DNA of 64,000 nt from Candidatus Omnitrophota bacterium (GCA_022709525.1 JAKLIQ010000004.1:73260-137259); one strand, 5' to 3'. Positions 9,589-20,189 are shown, counted from the stretch's first letter. Numbers and translations are program-made. Notes: generated by a model from the letters alone, not told the origin.

Positions 9589-10887
9589 ATGAAGATCGGT
9601 ATTATCGGCTCCGGCTACGTTGGCCTTGTGACCGGCACATGCCTGGCCCATCTCGGACACAAGGTCACCTGCATTGACCAGGACCGACGCAAGATCCAGA
9701 CCCTCAAAAAGGGTAAAATACCCTTTTACGAGCCGGGACTTTTTGAAATGGTCCGGGAAAATGTCGCCGCAAAAAGACTTTCATTCTCGACCGAGATCTC
9801 AAGTGTCGTCAATCGTTGTGAAGTTCTTTTTATCTGCGTTCACACGCCTCCCAAACCTGACGGGGAAGCGGACCTTAGTTTTGTGGAAAAGGTCGCCCGC
9901 CAGATCGCGATCCACCTCCGCAAATATTGTTTGATCGTTGAAAAAAGCACGGTGCCTGTCGAAACAGGGGAATGGGTGCGCCGCACTATCAAGCGGAACG
10001 TCAAAAAAGGCGTTCACTTTGACGTGGCGTCCAATCCGGAGTTTTTAAGGGAAGGTTCGGCGATCCACGATTTTCTTCAGCCGGATCGCATCGTGATCGG
10101 CGTCTCAAGCGAACGGGCGGAAAAAATATTCCGCTCTCTTTACAGCCCGCTCAAGGCCCCGATGATCGTGACCGACATCAAAAGCGCCGAACTGATCAAG
10201 CATGCCGCGAATTCTTTTCTGGCCACCAAGATCTCCTTCGCGAACGCTGTGTCCCGGGTCTGCGATGCCGTCGGAGCCGATATTGAAAAAGTTGCGCTGG
10301 GGATGGGGCTTGATCCCCGCATCGGCAAACAGTTCCTGAAAGCCGGGATCGGTTTCGGCGGATCTTGTTTTCCGAAGGATGTCGGGGCTTTTCTGCATAT
10401 CTCGGAAAAACTAGGTGCGCGCTTCGAACTTCTCGCCGATGTATTGCGTATCAATGAAACCCAGGCCCGTTATTTTTTCGAAAAGATCAAGAATTCCATG
10501 AAAAACTTGCGGGGAAAAACGGTCGGTGTCCTGGGCCTTGCCTTTAAGCCGGACACGGACGATATGCGCTCCGCCCCGTCCATTCCCATCATCCAGATGC
10601 TCCAGAAAGAAGGGGTCAGGGTCAAAGCTTACGATCCCCAAGCCGTCTCAAAAGCGGCCGAGATCCTTCAAAATGTGGATTATACCGCCACGCCTTACGA
10701 AGCGGTTCACGGCGCCCATGCCGTTGCGGTATTGACCGAATGGAGCGAGTTTCTGAATTTAGATTGGGGCCGCATCAAAAAGCTCATGCCGGGACACTTT
10801 TTCTTTGACGGGCGTAACATGTTCCAGCCGGCGGAAATGAAGAAAAACGGTTTCCGCTATTTCAGCGTCGGCCGGCCTTCAGCTTAA
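9589..10887 (+). CDS. ugd: UDP-glucose 6-dehydrogenase (nucleotide-sugar dehydrogenase family)
   Basis: N-terminal Rossmann motif MKIGIIGSGYVGLVTG, the catalytic Cys region (GFGGSCFPKD) and the C-terminal UDP-binding domain. Confidence 0.8.
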   Translation: MKIGIIGSGYVGLVTGTCLAHLGHKVTCIDQDRRKIQTLKKGKIPFYEPGLFEMVRENVAAKRLSFSTEISSVVNRCEVLFICVHTPPKPDGEADLSFVEKVARQIAIHLRKYCLIVEKSTVPVETGEWVRRTIKRNVKKGVHFDVASNPEFLREGSAIHDFLQPDRIVIGVSSERAEKIFRSLYSPLKAPMIVTDIKSAELIKHAANSFLATKISFANAVSRVCDAVGADIEKVALGMGLDPRIGKQFLKAGIGFGGSCFPKDVGAFLHISEKLGARFELLADVLRINETQARYFFEKIKNSMKNLRGKTVGVLGLAFKPDTDDMRSAPSIPIIQMLQKEGVRVKAYDPQAVSKAAEILQNVDYTATPYEAVHGAHAVAVLTEWSEFLNLDWGRIKKLMPGHFFFDGRNMFQPAEMKKNGFRYFSVGRPSA

Positions 10888-10901
10888 AGGAGGTTTATTC
10901 C

Positions 10902-11627
10902 ATGAAAGGCATTATTCTCGCGGGCGGTCTCGGAAGCCGGCTTTTTCCTCTTACCAAGGTTACCAACAAGCACCTTCTCCCGGTCTATGACAAGCCCATG
11001 ATTTATTATCCCATCGAGACGTTGGTGCGCGCCGGCGTCCGGGATATCCTGATCGTGACAGGGGGGTATTCTTCCGGGGATTTTCTAAAGCTCCTCGGGA
11101 ACGGCAAGCAATTCGGCCTCAAGCATATCAACTATACTTATCAGGAAGGGGAAGGCGGCATCGCTCAAGCGCTGGGCCTTGCCGAGCATTTTGCGGGTAA
11201 TGAAAAAATAGTGGTGATCCTAGGCGATAACATCATCCAGGACGACATCACGCCTTACGTCCGCCGTTTTTCCGCGCAGTCTGAGGGCGCGAGACTGCTT
11301 CTCAAAAAAGCTCCGGATCCTGAACGCTTCGGAGTGGCGGTGTTCCAGAATAAAAAGATCGCGGACATCGTCGAAAAGCCCAAAAAGCCCAAGAGCCCTT
11401 ACGTGGTTACCGGCATCTACATGTATGACGCCTCGGTTTTTGATTTCATCAAGACCCTCAAGCCTTCCCGCCGCGGCGAACTGGAGATCACGGATGTCAA
11501 TAACTGGTACCTGAAGCGCGGCCTCCTGGAGTATGACTTCCTAAAAGGTTTCTGGACCGATGCCGGAACTTTTGAATCGCTGCATCACGCCAATGCTCTC
11601 GTGGCGCAACAACATCAGGGCCGCTAG
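10902..11627 (+). CDS. rmlA: Glucose-1-phosphate thymidylyltransferase, short form
   Basis: MKGIILAGGLGSRLFPLT... and an RGELEITD motif. At 241 aa it lacks the long-form C-terminal extension. Confidence 0.75.
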   Translation: MKGIILAGGLGSRLFPLTKVTNKHLLPVYDKPMIYYPIETLVRAGVRDILIVTGGYSSGDFLKLLGNGKQFGLKHINYTYQEGEGGIAQALGLAEHFAGNEKIVVILGDNIIQDDITPYVRRFSAQSEGARLLLKKAPDPERFGVAVFQNKKIADIVEKPKKPKSPYVVTGIYMYDASVFDFIKTLKPSRRGELEITDVNNWYLKRGLLEYDFLKGFWTDAGTFESLHHANALVAQQHQGR

Positions 11628-11631
11628 CGTC

Positions 11632-12612
11632 ATGAAGCGCTTGCTTGTTACGGGGGGTTGCGGGTTCATCGGCTCGAATTTCGTCCGCTATTTTCTCAAA
11701 TCCCGCCCGGATTGGGGCGTCCTCAATCTCGACAAGCTCAGCTATTCGGGCAACCTTGCCAATCTGAGCGATCTGAAAAGTTCATCCCGCTATGAATTCG
11801 TCAGGGGCGATATCGCTGATAAAAAACTGGTCTTAAAACTCATGAAAAAAGTTTCGGCTGTGGCCCACTTTGCGGCCGAAACTCATGTGGACCGTTCCAT
11901 TGAAGCGGCGGATGATTTTCTTAAGACCAATATCCTCGGAACCGCAGCGTTGCTTGAAGTGTCGCTGGCCTGCGGCATCAAGCGTTTTGTGCATATGTCG
12001 ACCGATGAGGTGTACGGTTCTATCGCCAAAGGGCATGTGGATGAAACTGCCCCGCTTCTTCCCAATAGCCCTTATTCGGCCTCCAAAGCCGGCGCCGACC
12101 TTCTTGTGCGCTCTTTTCAGGAGACCTACGGCCATCCTGCGATGATCATGCGGTGCACGAATAATTTCGGGCCCTATCAATTCCCCGAAAAAGTCATTCC
12201 GCTTTTTGTCACGAACCTTCTTGAGGGCAAAACGGTGCCGCTTTACGGTAATGGGAAAAATCGCCGCGACTGGATCTATGTGGAAGATGCCTGCCGCGGG
12301 CTTCTGCTTGTTCTTGAAAAAGGCAAAGCGGGGGAGATCTACAATATGGGCGCCCATCATGAAATGAACAACCTTGAGCTTACGGGCTCGATCCTCCGGG
12401 CGCTCAAAAAAGACAGAAAAATGATCCGTTACGTTCCGGACCGTTTGGGGCATGACCTTCGCTACGCGGTCAATTTCAACAAACTGAAACGCTTGGGGTT
12501 CCGTCCTGCCTGGAGCTTCTCCGAAGGGCTCGCGGCAACCGTGAAGTGGTACAAGGAAAATCCGGATTGGTGGAAACCCCTGAAGCGGGATCAATATACG
12601 GTAAAAAGCTAA
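11632..12612 (+). CDS. rmlB: dTDP-glucose 4,6-dehydratase
   Basis: TGGCGFIGSNFV motif, YSASKA catalytic motif and an extended SDR fold. The internal ATG at 11632 was chosen because the longer track ORF would overlap rmlA. Confidence 0.9.
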   Translation: MKRLLVTGGCGFIGSNFVRYFLKSRPDWGVLNLDKLSYSGNLANLSDLKSSSRYEFVRGDIADKKLVLKLMKKVSAVAHFAAETHVDRSIEAADDFLKTNILGTAALLEVSLACGIKRFVHMSTDEVYGSIAKGHVDETAPLLPNSPYSASKAGADLLVRSFQETYGHPAMIMRCTNNFGPYQFPEKVIPLFVTNLLEGKTVPLYGNGKNRRDWIYVEDACRGLLLVLEKGKAGEIYNMGAHHEMNNLELTGSILRALKKDRKMIRYVPDRLGHDLRYAVNFNKLKRLGFRPAWSFSEGLAATVKWYKENPDWWKPLKRDQYTVKS

Positions 12613-13586
12613 TGACGCAGACCCCCCTCAAGATCCTCATTACCGGCGCCGGCGGCATGCTCGGCACAGATCTCTCCAATGCCCTTGGCCGCGAATTCGA
12701 CGTGGTAGGGCTTGAGCGCCGTCCCGTGACGCATCTGGCCACCCCTTATGACATTTGTGATCTGACTCAGGCCCGGAAAACACGCGAGGCCATTCTCAGT
12801 CACAAGCCCGATCTGATCATCCATGCCGCCGCGATGACGGATGTGGATTATTGCGAAGAACACCATGACGAGGCCTTGGAGAATAACGTCGGCGCGACCG
12901 AAAGCGTCGTGAGCGCCGCGGGGGAGATCGACGCCCCGGTCATTTTTTTTAGTACCGATTATGTGTTCGACGGGAAGAAAAAAGGGGAATATGACGAGAG
13001 TGATGTGCCCGATCCGATCAGTTTTTACGGAAAAACAAAACGAATGGGGGAGGAGATCATTTTGCGCGACGCGAAACGCGCCGTGATCTTCCGCATCACC
13101 TGGCTTTTTGGGATATGGGGCCGGTGTTTTCCGAAGTCGATCCTCCGGCAAGCCGCTGAGGTCAAGACGATGAATGTTGTTCATGATCAGGCGGGACGCC
13201 CAACCTGGTCGTGGGACCTTGCGCTCGCGATCCAAGAGCTCTTGAATAAAAAACGGGAAAAGATCCTGGCTCCGGGGCGCGAGATCTTTCATCTTGGGAA
13301 TTCGGGCAGCGTTCATTGGGCCGATTATGCCCGTTTCGTGCTGAAGGAGGCCGGGCTTTCCACAGTCAAGATCAAGGAAATCTCCAGCGCCGATCTTAAC
13401 CGCCCAGCTCCCCGGCCCGCGAATTCAGTGCTTTCCTTGAAAAAAGCCGAAAAAGTCCTTGGCTTAAAATTGCGTCCCTGGAAAGACGCGGTCACAGAAT
13501 TCCTTCCGAAACTACGAGAGGCATTAGCGGCTCAGGAGGCGAAGGCGAAAGCTCAGGACGCCGAAAAGGAGAATACCGCATCATGA
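12612..13586 (+). CDS. rmlD: dTDP-4-dehydrorhamnose reductase
   Basis: [17 protein letters not shown] and YGKTK motifs, which align with E. coli RmlD. TAATG overlap with rmlB. The C-terminus carries an Ala/Lys/Glu-rich tail. Confidence 0.85.
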   Translation: MTQTPLKILITGAGGMLGTDLSNALGREFDVVGLERRPVTHLATPYDICDLTQARKTREAILSHKPDLIIHAAAMTDVDYCEEHHDEALENNVGATESVVSAAGEIDAPVIFFSTDYVFDGKKKGEYDESDVPDPISFYGKTKRMGEEIILRDAKRAVIFRITWLFGIWGRCFPKSILRQAAEVKTMNVVHDQAGRPTWSWDLALAIQELLNKKREKILAPGREIFHLGNSGSVHWADYARFVLKEAGLSTVKIKEISSADLNRPAPRPANSVLSLKKAEKVLGLKLRPWKDAVTEFLPKLREALAAQEAKAKAQDAEKENTAS

Positions 13587-14527
13587 AAAAAACATGCGTG
13601 ATCACAGGCGGCGGCGGTTTTTTAGGGTCGCACCTCTGCGACCGTTTTTTGCAACGCGGTTGTCGCGTGATCGCGATCGATAATTTTCTGACCGGAAACG
13701 AAAAGAATATTTCCCATTTAAGGAATGATCCCGATTTCAAACTGATCCGCCACGACGTGAGCCGTCCGCTCCGTGTTCCCGGAAGGATCGATCACGTTCT
13801 TCATTTTGCGTCGCCGGCGAGCCCCCTGGATTATCTCCAGTTCCCCATACAAACGTTAAAAGTGGGCGCTCTCGGGACGCACAATGCCCTCGGGCTCGCT
13901 AAAGAGAAAAAAGCGGTATTCCTTCTCGCTTCGACGTCCGAGGTTTACGGCGATCCGCTCGTTCACCCGCAAACGGAATCCTATTGGGGAAACGTCAATC
14001 CCGTGGGCCCCCGGGGTGTTTACGACGAAGCGAAGCGTTATGCCGAAGCCCTGACCATGGCCTATCATCGCAGCCACAAAATGAATACCAAGATCATCCG
14101 CATTTTTAATACTTACGGACCGCGCATGCGCCTTCGCGACGGTCGCGCGATCCCTGCTTTTCTTTCACAAGCGTTAACCGAAAAACCTCTTACTGTGTTC
14201 GGCAGCGGAAAACAAACGCGAAGTCTTTGTTATATCAGCGACATGATCAATGGGATCGAAAAACTTTTATCTTCCAGGATGAACGACCCTGTCAACATCG
14301 GGAACCCGAGCGAAATTTCCATGATGGAGCTTGCGAGAAAGATCATTCAGATCACGGGAAGTTCCAGCAAGATCGTGCGGAAACCTCTTCCGGTCGATGA
14401 CCCTAAGGTCCGCAGGCCCGACATCTCCAAAGCAAAAAAATATCTTTCCTGGACCCCGAAAGTTCCGTTAGATCATGGCCTGCGGCATACGATCGAATAT
14501 TTCAGGGCCGCACTAAGGAGATCCTAA
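13583..14527 (+). CDS. UDP-glucuronate decarboxylase (UDP-xylose synthase)
   Basis: [40 protein letters not shown] and [10 protein letters not shown] motifs closely match the UXS family. Confidence 0.85.
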   Translation: MKKTCVITGGGGFLGSHLCDRFLQRGCRVIAIDNFLTGNEKNISHLRNDPDFKLIRHDVSRPLRVPGRIDHVLHFASPASPLDYLQFPIQTLKVGALGTHNALGLAKEKKAVFLLASTSEVYGDPLVHPQTESYWGNVNPVGPRGVYDEAKRYAEALTMAYHRSHKMNTKIIRIFNTYGPRMRLRDGRAIPAFLSQALTEKPLTVFGSGKQTRSLCYISDMINGIEKLLSSRMNDPVNIGNPSEISMMELARKIIQITGSSSKIVRKPLPVDDPKVRRPDISKAKKYLSWTPKVPLDHGLRHTIEYFRAALRRS

Positions 14528-15234
14528 TGGCGATTTATCTTTCAGTGGTGATCCCGGCTTACAACGAAGCGGAACGCTTGCCTCAGACCCTTGATTCGAT
14601 CCTTGGTTTTCTTAAACAGCAGTCCTACGATTCGGAGATCGTTGTTTCCGATGACGGCAGTTCGGATCAAACCGTTCAAGTCGCGGAAGAAAAACTCCGG
14701 GATTTTCCGCACCAAATTCTCAAAACGCCTCGAAACCGTGGTAAAGGACACGCCGTGCGGCAGGGCATGCTGGCAGCGAAAGGGGAATACGTCCTTTTTA
14801 CCGACGCCGACCTTTCGACCCCGATCAGTGAGGTTTTAAGGTTTATCGCTCATCTTCTCAAAGACCAGGATGTGGTGATCGGTTCGCGAGCCCTTCCGGA
14901 ATCTCAAGTGGAGATCCATCAGAATTTCCTTCGAGAAACTATGGGAAAGATCTTCAACCGGATCGCGCGGCTCTGGGCTTTTCAAGGCGTTCATGATTCC
15001 CAATGCGGATTTAAATGCTTTCGCAAAGGCGTCGCCCATGATCTCTTTAGCGCGCAAAAACTGGATGGCTTCAGTTTTGATGTTGAGATCATCTATCTTG
15101 CTCAAAAGCGCGGTTATCGCATCCTGGAGCTTCCGGTCGTGTGGCGAAATTCTCCCAAAAGCCGCGTTCAAGTCCTTCGCGATCCTTTTCTGATGTTCCG
15201 GGATGTCCTAAGGATCCGCAAACTCCATTCATGA
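14527..15234 (+). CDS. GT2 polyprenyl-phosphate sugar synthase (ArnC/GtrB/Dpm1-like)
   Basis: SVVIPAYNE, DDGSSD and a DAD motif. 235 aa, soluble. Confidence 0.8.
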   Translation: MAIYLSVVIPAYNEAERLPQTLDSILGFLKQQSYDSEIVVSDDGSSDQTVQVAEEKLRDFPHQILKTPRNRGKGHAVRQGMLAAKGEYVLFTDADLSTPISEVLRFIAHLLKDQDVVIGSRALPESQVEIHQNFLRETMGKIFNRIARLWAFQGVHDSQCGFKCFRKGVAHDLFSAQKLDGFSFDVEIIYLAQKRGYRILELPVVWRNSPKSRVQVLRDPFLMFRDVLRIRKLHS

Positions 15235-16913
15235 ATAAGGCGTCTTCGCCCCATAGGACTTCACTTGCGATCGCCGGGATCCTGGTCTTAGCGGCCTTTT
15301 TAAGATTATGGGGTGTCGGCTTCGGATTGCCGGACCTTTTCCATGCCGACGAACCTGTGGTCGTCAACCATGCTCTTGCTTTCGGGACCGGCGACCTTAA
15401 CCCACACTTTTTTAATATCCCGCCGCTGGTGAGCTATTTGCTTTTTATTTGTTACGGATGCTATTTTCTGATCGGATCCTTGGCCGGCCTCTTCCATTCA
15501 TTGCGCGATTTTGAGTATCTTTTTTATTTTGACCCCTCCTCTTTTTATTTGATCGCCCGGCTGATCTTCGGCGTCCTGTTTGGCGCCGCTTCCGTCTACG
15601 CGTTTTACCGTCTTGCGCGCCGCCTGGGCGATTCCTCGCTCGGTTTGTGGGCAAGTTTTTTTCTGGCTGTCAACTTCCTTCACGCCAGAGATTCCCACTA
15701 TGTCTATGCGGATATTCCGCTCCTTTTCGCTCTTATTTGCGCCTTCTATCCCATTCTGCGGATATCAGATGAACCCTCCTTTAAAAAATGGCATGTTTTA
15801 GCCGGTTTTTGGATCGGGCTCGCCACGGCAACAAAATACAATGGTGTTTTTCTGGTGATCCCGTATATCTGGATATGCGTCCGGAGCATTTCCTGGAAGA
15901 AATGGCCTGCTCTCTGGAGCTTTGCGTTTCTAACAGCTATTCTTACATTCATCGCGCTCAATCCATTTTCGGTCCTGGATCACGGTTTTTTCTTGAAAGA
16001 AATCTTTGAGCAATCGGCGTCGAATCGCGGGGGATTACCTTGGCATCATCACTTCACTTACTCTCTCGCTGGCGGGATGGGTTGGCCGATGCTTGTGCTG
16101 GCGCTCTGGGGGACCTTGATCGCCCTGTTCCGGGGCGACCGAAAGATCCAAGCAATCGCCATCTTCGCTCTGGCTTATTACGCCGTCCTTTTTTTCTTTG
16201 CCCAGCCCTATGACCGCTACGTCCTTCCGCTCATTCCTTTCGCGCTTTTGCTTGCGGCAAAGGTTTTACTTCAATGGAAGGCGCGTTCCAGTCTTATATT
16301 TTGGGTCCTCATCCCGTTTTTAGTCTTGCCGTCCCTGATCAAGATCATTCATTGGGACAGGATCATGTCGAGACCCGACGTCAGGACCTTGGCTAAAGAA
16401 TGGGTGGAGGCGAACATCCCCGCGGGAAGCCGCCTGGCCCTTGATGGCACGTTTTACATGCCTCGCCTAGCTTTTAGTCCGACGCAACTTGAAGAAAAGA
16501 AAGCAAAAGCCGGAGGCGGCCATCATGGGGAGGTGAAATCCCGCCGCATCGATGCCTTGTTGTCGCGCCCCCGCCATCCTTCCTATGAACTTTATTTTTT
16601 AAACCGCGACCTCGGCGCCAAAGACGCTTTTCTTTTTTCAGAGCCGCGCATTCCATTCGATGTGAGCGCGCTCAAAGAAAATAATATCGAGTATGTATTT
16701 CTTATCGATGGTCTTCATCAGGATGACGATCCGTTCTATCAGACCCTTCAGGACCAAGCCGAGTTGGTCATGATATTTTCGCCCTATCTTGATCAAACGG
16801 ACATGATCATCCGCGATTCCCAGGCCATGACGGGCGGGCCGTTCCTTTGGAGCGATATATTGCCGCGTAAACGAAACGGCTACCCGATCAGCGTTTATCG
16901 CCTCCGTTCGTAA
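15231..16913 (+). CDS. GT-C fold membrane glycosyltransferase (ArnT/PMT_2 family)
   Basis: About 11 transmembrane helices, a HADEP acidic motif in the first periplasmic loop and a C-terminal soluble domain. ATGA overlap with the upstream GT2. Confidence 0.75.
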   Translation: MNKASSPHRTSLAIAGILVLAAFLRLWGVGFGLPDLFHADEPVVVNHALAFGTGDLNPHFFNIPPLVSYLLFICYGCYFLIGSLAGLFHSLRDFEYLFYFDPSSFYLIARLIFGVLFGAASVYAFYRLARRLGDSSLGLWASFFLAVNFLHARDSHYVYADIPLLFALICAFYPILRISDEPSFKKWHVLAGFWIGLATATKYNGVFLVIPYIWICVRSISWKKWPALWSFAFLTAILTFIALNPFSVLDHGFFLKEIFEQSASNRGGLPWHHHFTYSLAGGMGWPMLVLALWGTLIALFRGDRKIQAIAIFALAYYAVLFFFAQPYDRYVLPLIPFALLLAAKVLLQWKARSSLIFWVLIPFLVLPSLIKIIHWDRIMSRPDVRTLAKEWVEANIPAGSRLALDGTFYMPRLAFSPTQLEEKKAKAGGGHHGEVKSRRIDALLSRPRHPSYELYFLNRDLGAKDAFLFSEPRIPFDVSALKENNIEYVFLIDGLHQDDDPFYQTLQDQAELVMIFSPYLDQTDMIIRDSQAMTGGPFLWSDILPRKRNGYPISVYRLRS

Positions 16914-16983
16914 CGTTCTAGTGCTGGCTTTTCGCCGAAATTTCCGTAAAATGACACTCCACACCCAATAAAGAGATCTTTCC

Positions 16984-18054
16984 GTGGAAAATGAAAAAAC
17001 GCTAGTGATGGGGAACGTTGCGATGTCGGAAGCTGCCGTCCGGGCAGGATGCCGCTTCTACGCGGGCTATCCCATTACCCCCCAGAACGAAGTGAGCGAA
17101 TATCTTGCAAAACGGCTTCCGGAGGTGGGTGGAGTTTTTGTCCAGGCGGAATCGGAATTAGCCGCCATCAATATGGTTTTTGGCGCGGCTTCGACCGGGG
17201 AACGCGCGATGACCTCTTCTTCAAGCCCCGGGATCAGTCTTATGCAAGAAGCCATTTCGTATCTCGCCGCGGCCCAGATCCCGTGTCTTATTGCGAATAT
17301 CATGCGTGGCGGTCCCGGCCTCGGTAATATCCAGGGCTCTCAAGCGGACTATTTTCAGGCGACGCGCGGCGGCGGTCACGGGGATTATCGACTGATCGTT
17401 CTGGCGCCATGGTCGGTGCAGGAGATGTATGATCTTACGATCCGCGGATTCGAGCTCGGGGATCAATATCGCAACCCCGTCATGCTCCTGGCGGACGGGA
17501 TCCTGGGCCAGATGGCCGAATCGATCGAACTGAAAAAGCCTGGAAAACAAAAACCCGTTCCAAAGAATTGGGCTCTCACGGGCTGCGCGGGCCGGAAACC
17601 CAACGTGGTCCGGACGCTTTACCTCCAGGAAAAGGATGCCTTGGAACAAAAGAACGCGGAGCTTCAGGCGAAATATGAACTGATCACCCGGGAGCTGCAG
17701 CTTTCCGAGGCGCGTTTTGAAAAAGACGCAGAGATCGCCGTTATCGCTTATGGGACCTCGGCCAGGATCGCTCATTGGGCCGTCAAACGGGCCAGGGAAT
17801 CTGGCATTAAAGTCGGGCTCTTCCGTCCCATCACCCTTTGGCCGTTCCCCGCGACGGCCCTCCGGGAGATCGCGGCCCATTGCCGGAAACTCCTAGTGGT
17901 CGAAATGAGCCAGGGGCAAATGATCGAAGACGTCCGTCTTTCGAGGATCCCCGCGACAGGGGTCGACCCCAAGATCGAATTTTTAGGCCGCGGCGGTGGA
18001 TGGTACCCCAAGCCCAAGGAACTTTTGGCCAAGATCATGGAGATCGCAAAATAA
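16984..18054 (+). CDS. korA: 2-oxoacid:ferredoxin oxidoreductase subunit alpha
   Basis: Pyruvate-flavodoxin/ferredoxin oxidoreductase core domains and domain III. Confidence 0.8.
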   Translation: MENEKTLVMGNVAMSEAAVRAGCRFYAGYPITPQNEVSEYLAKRLPEVGGVFVQAESELAAINMVFGAASTGERAMTSSSSPGISLMQEAISYLAAAQIPCLIANIMRGGPGLGNIQGSQADYFQATRGGGHGDYRLIVLAPWSVQEMYDLTIRGFELGDQYRNPVMLLADGILGQMAESIELKKPGKQKPVPKNWALTGCAGRKPNVVRTLYLQEKDALEQKNAELQAKYELITRELQLSEARFEKDAEIAVIAYGTSARIAHWAVKRARESGIKVGLFRPITLWPFPATALREIAAHCRKLLVVEMSQGQMIEDVRLSRIPATGVDPKIEFLGRGGGWYPKPKELLAKIMEIAK

Positions 18055-18785
18055 TGAATGCTGACGCGAAAACCATCAGATCCGGACGGATGCACTATTG
18101 CCCGGTTTGCGGGCATACGATCGCACAGCGCATGATCGGCGATGTGATCGATGAGCTGGGGATCCGCGAACGAACGATCGGTACGGCGCCGGTCGGATGC
18201 GCCGTGTTGCTCTATGATTATTTTAATTGCGACATCATCGAATGTCCCCACGGAAGGATCCCCGCGGTCGCGACGGGCATCAAGCGGATGCGGCCCGAAA
18301 ATATCGTCTTCGCGTATGGGGGCGACGGAGATCTTCTTTCGATCGGGCTCGCGGAGACCATCCACTGCGCCAATCGGGGAGAGAATATCACCATGATCTT
18401 TATCAATAATGCGGTCTATGGGATGACCGGCGGACAAATGGCGCCGACTACCTTGATCGGCCAAAAAACCATTACAACCCCCGAGGGAAGGATGTCGACC
18501 CTGACCGGCGCGCCTTTGAGGATCTGCGAAATGTTCGACACGCTGGCCAGCCCCGTTTTTATCGAACGCGTGGCGGTCCATGATGCGCCGCATATGCACC
18601 GCGCCAAGCAGGCGATCCGAAAGGCTTTTCAGAATCAGATCGAAGGAAAAGGATTTTCTTTTGTCGAGATCCTTTCGATGTGTCCGACCCACTGGAAAAT
18701 GGCGGGGAAGGATGCCTGTCAGTTCGTGGGGAATGAAATGGCGGGCTATTTTTCGATCAAAAAATTCAGGGATGTGGACGCATGA
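18054..18785 (+). CDS. korB: 2-oxoacid:ferredoxin oxidoreductase subunit beta (TPP-binding)
   Basis: CPVCGH motif and a GDG TPP-binding motif (YGGDGDL). TAATG overlap with korA. Confidence 0.85.
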   Translation: MNADAKTIRSGRMHYCPVCGHTIAQRMIGDVIDELGIRERTIGTAPVGCAVLLYDYFNCDIIECPHGRIPAVATGIKRMRPENIVFAYGGDGDLLSIGLAETIHCANRGENITMIFINNAVYGMTGGQMAPTTLIGQKTITTPEGRMSTLTGAPLRICEMFDTLASPVFIERVAVHDAPHMHRAKQAIRKAFQNQIEGKGFSFVEILSMCPTHWKMAGKDACQFVGNEMAGYFSIKKFRDVDA

Positions 18786-19333
18786 TAGAAGAAAAGATCT
18801 TTGTCGCGGGCTTCGGAGGCCAAGGGGTCGTTGTGGCCGGGAACGTTCTTGCCCATGCGGCTTTGGAAGAAGGCCGTTATATTCTCGGGATGGTCTCCTA
18901 CGGTGTGGAAGTGCGCGGGGGAGCGTCTCACAGTTTCGTGATCATATCGGATCAGGAGATCGACTGCCCCATTATTGATGAGGCGACGCTCGGGTTCGCG
19001 CTCAGCCAGGCCGCTTATGAAAAATTCAAGACAAAAACTCGTCCCGACGGGATCTTTTTTATCGATTCTTCACAAGTAAGTAATATTGACCCCGCGCAAA
19101 CGACCGGCCGCATCATCGAGATCCCCGCGACGCAGATCGCCCGCGAGGTCGGAAATGAAAAAGTAACGAATATGATCATGCTTGGCGCCGCCATCCAGAA
19201 AACAGGGATCGTGAAAATGGCGAGCGCGGTGAAAATCCTCGGAAAAGTATTTAAAGGGCTCCGGAAAGACCTGATCTATGTGAATGAAAAAGCTCTTCAG
19301 GTCGGCGCGGATTTTATGCGCCAAAAAAGATAG
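18782..19333 (+). CDS. korC: 2-oxoacid:ferredoxin oxidoreductase subunit gamma
   Basis: The FVAGFGGQGVV gamma-subunit motif. Confidence 0.8.
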   Translation: MIEEKIFVAGFGGQGVVVAGNVLAHAALEEGRYILGMVSYGVEVRGGASHSFVIISDQEIDCPIIDEATLGFALSQAAYEKFKTKTRPDGIFFIDSSQVSNIDPAQTTGRIIEIPATQIAREVGNEKVTNMIMLGAAIQKTGIVKMASAVKILGKVFKGLRKDLIYVNEKALQVGADFMRQKR

Positions 19334-19361
19334 GCACTATAACTCGTTCAATTTAAAAGAG

Positions 19362-20126
19362 TTATGGCTTTTCAGCTCTGTATTTCTTAGAGCAACGATA
19401 CCGCCAGAATTTCAAACCTTCCCAAAGCGCGGATCCCATGATCTTCATATTCACGGAAGATTTTCCCGCCTGGCGGCCCCGGTGGTTCGAAGGGATCTCC
19501 TTGATGCGGAACCCGAGATCGTGGGCCTTGATGATGATCTCGGGTAAAACAAAAAGCGATTTTGAAGTAAGGTCGATCCGGTCTAAAACTTTCCGGCTCC
19601 AGGCCTGCGACCAGTTGTAGTCGTTGATACGGATCTTAAAAAGATAGTTCAATAAAAAGATATAGATCACGGAAAGAAAGAACCGGAAAAGCTGGTAAGC
19701 ATTCCGCTGCCAGCGCACCCCCAATACAATATCCGCTTCGTCGCGTTGGAAGATCTCGACAAAATTGGGGATTTCGGAGGAATCGAATTCTTCATCGGCG
19801 CCGATGTACATCAGATATTTTCCGTGCGATGCGGCAATCCCGTCCTTGAGGGAGTGGGTATAACCTTGATTTTTTTCATGAACAATCAACTGGGTATTCG
19901 GATATTTAGAAATTTCAGTCTGTAGGACCTCCCGAGTTCTGTCTTTACTGCCGTCTTCAATGAGGATGACTTCCCAATTCCATTCCGGGTGAGCGGTTAG
20001 AATGGTGAAGAGATTGGCGAGCATCCGCGCAATATTTTCCTGCTCGTTATAGACCGGCGTGATAAAGCTGATAAATGGCTGGTTGATCATGCGGATTAAA
20101 TTAATGTTTTTTGCTAGGGATGTCAA
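19362..20126 (-). CDS. GT2 family glycosyltransferase
   Basis: SFITPVYNE, EDGSKD and a DxD motif. Confidence 0.8.
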   Translation of the reverse strand: MTSLAKNINLIRMINQPFISFITPVYNEQENIARMLANLFTILTAHPEWNWEVILIEDGSKDRTREVLQTEISKYPNTQLIVHEKNQGYTHSLKDGIAASHGKYLMYIGADEEFDSSEIPNFVEIFQRDEADIVLGVRWQRNAYQLFRFFLSVIYIFLLNYLFKIRINDYNWSQAWSRKVLDRIDLTSKSLFVLPEIIIKAHDLGFRIKEIPSNHRGRQAGKSSVNMKIMGSALWEGLKFWRYRCSKKYRAEKP

Positions 20127-20189
20127 TGTTATACTGTGCCTGTTTTTGTCATTGAAAGTAAGGTTTTATAAACGGAATAGGGGAACGAA

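Noticed and set aside
15141-15230. Longer N-terminal extensions given by the ORF track for several genes (11560, 12546, 15141, 17838, 22624, 26806, 31077, 44853, 48968, 50142, 51131, 51702, 53723, 54339, 54931).
   Set aside because: The extensions would overlap the preceding gene by 60-200 nt. The internal ATG or GTG start chosen here coincides with the upstream stop codon (ATGA/TAATG coupling) or has a better ribosome-binding site.
16984-19333. korABC as a functional part of the glycan locus.
   Set aside because: 2-oxoacid:ferredoxin oxidoreductase is central metabolism. Its insertion between glycan operons is probably positional only.
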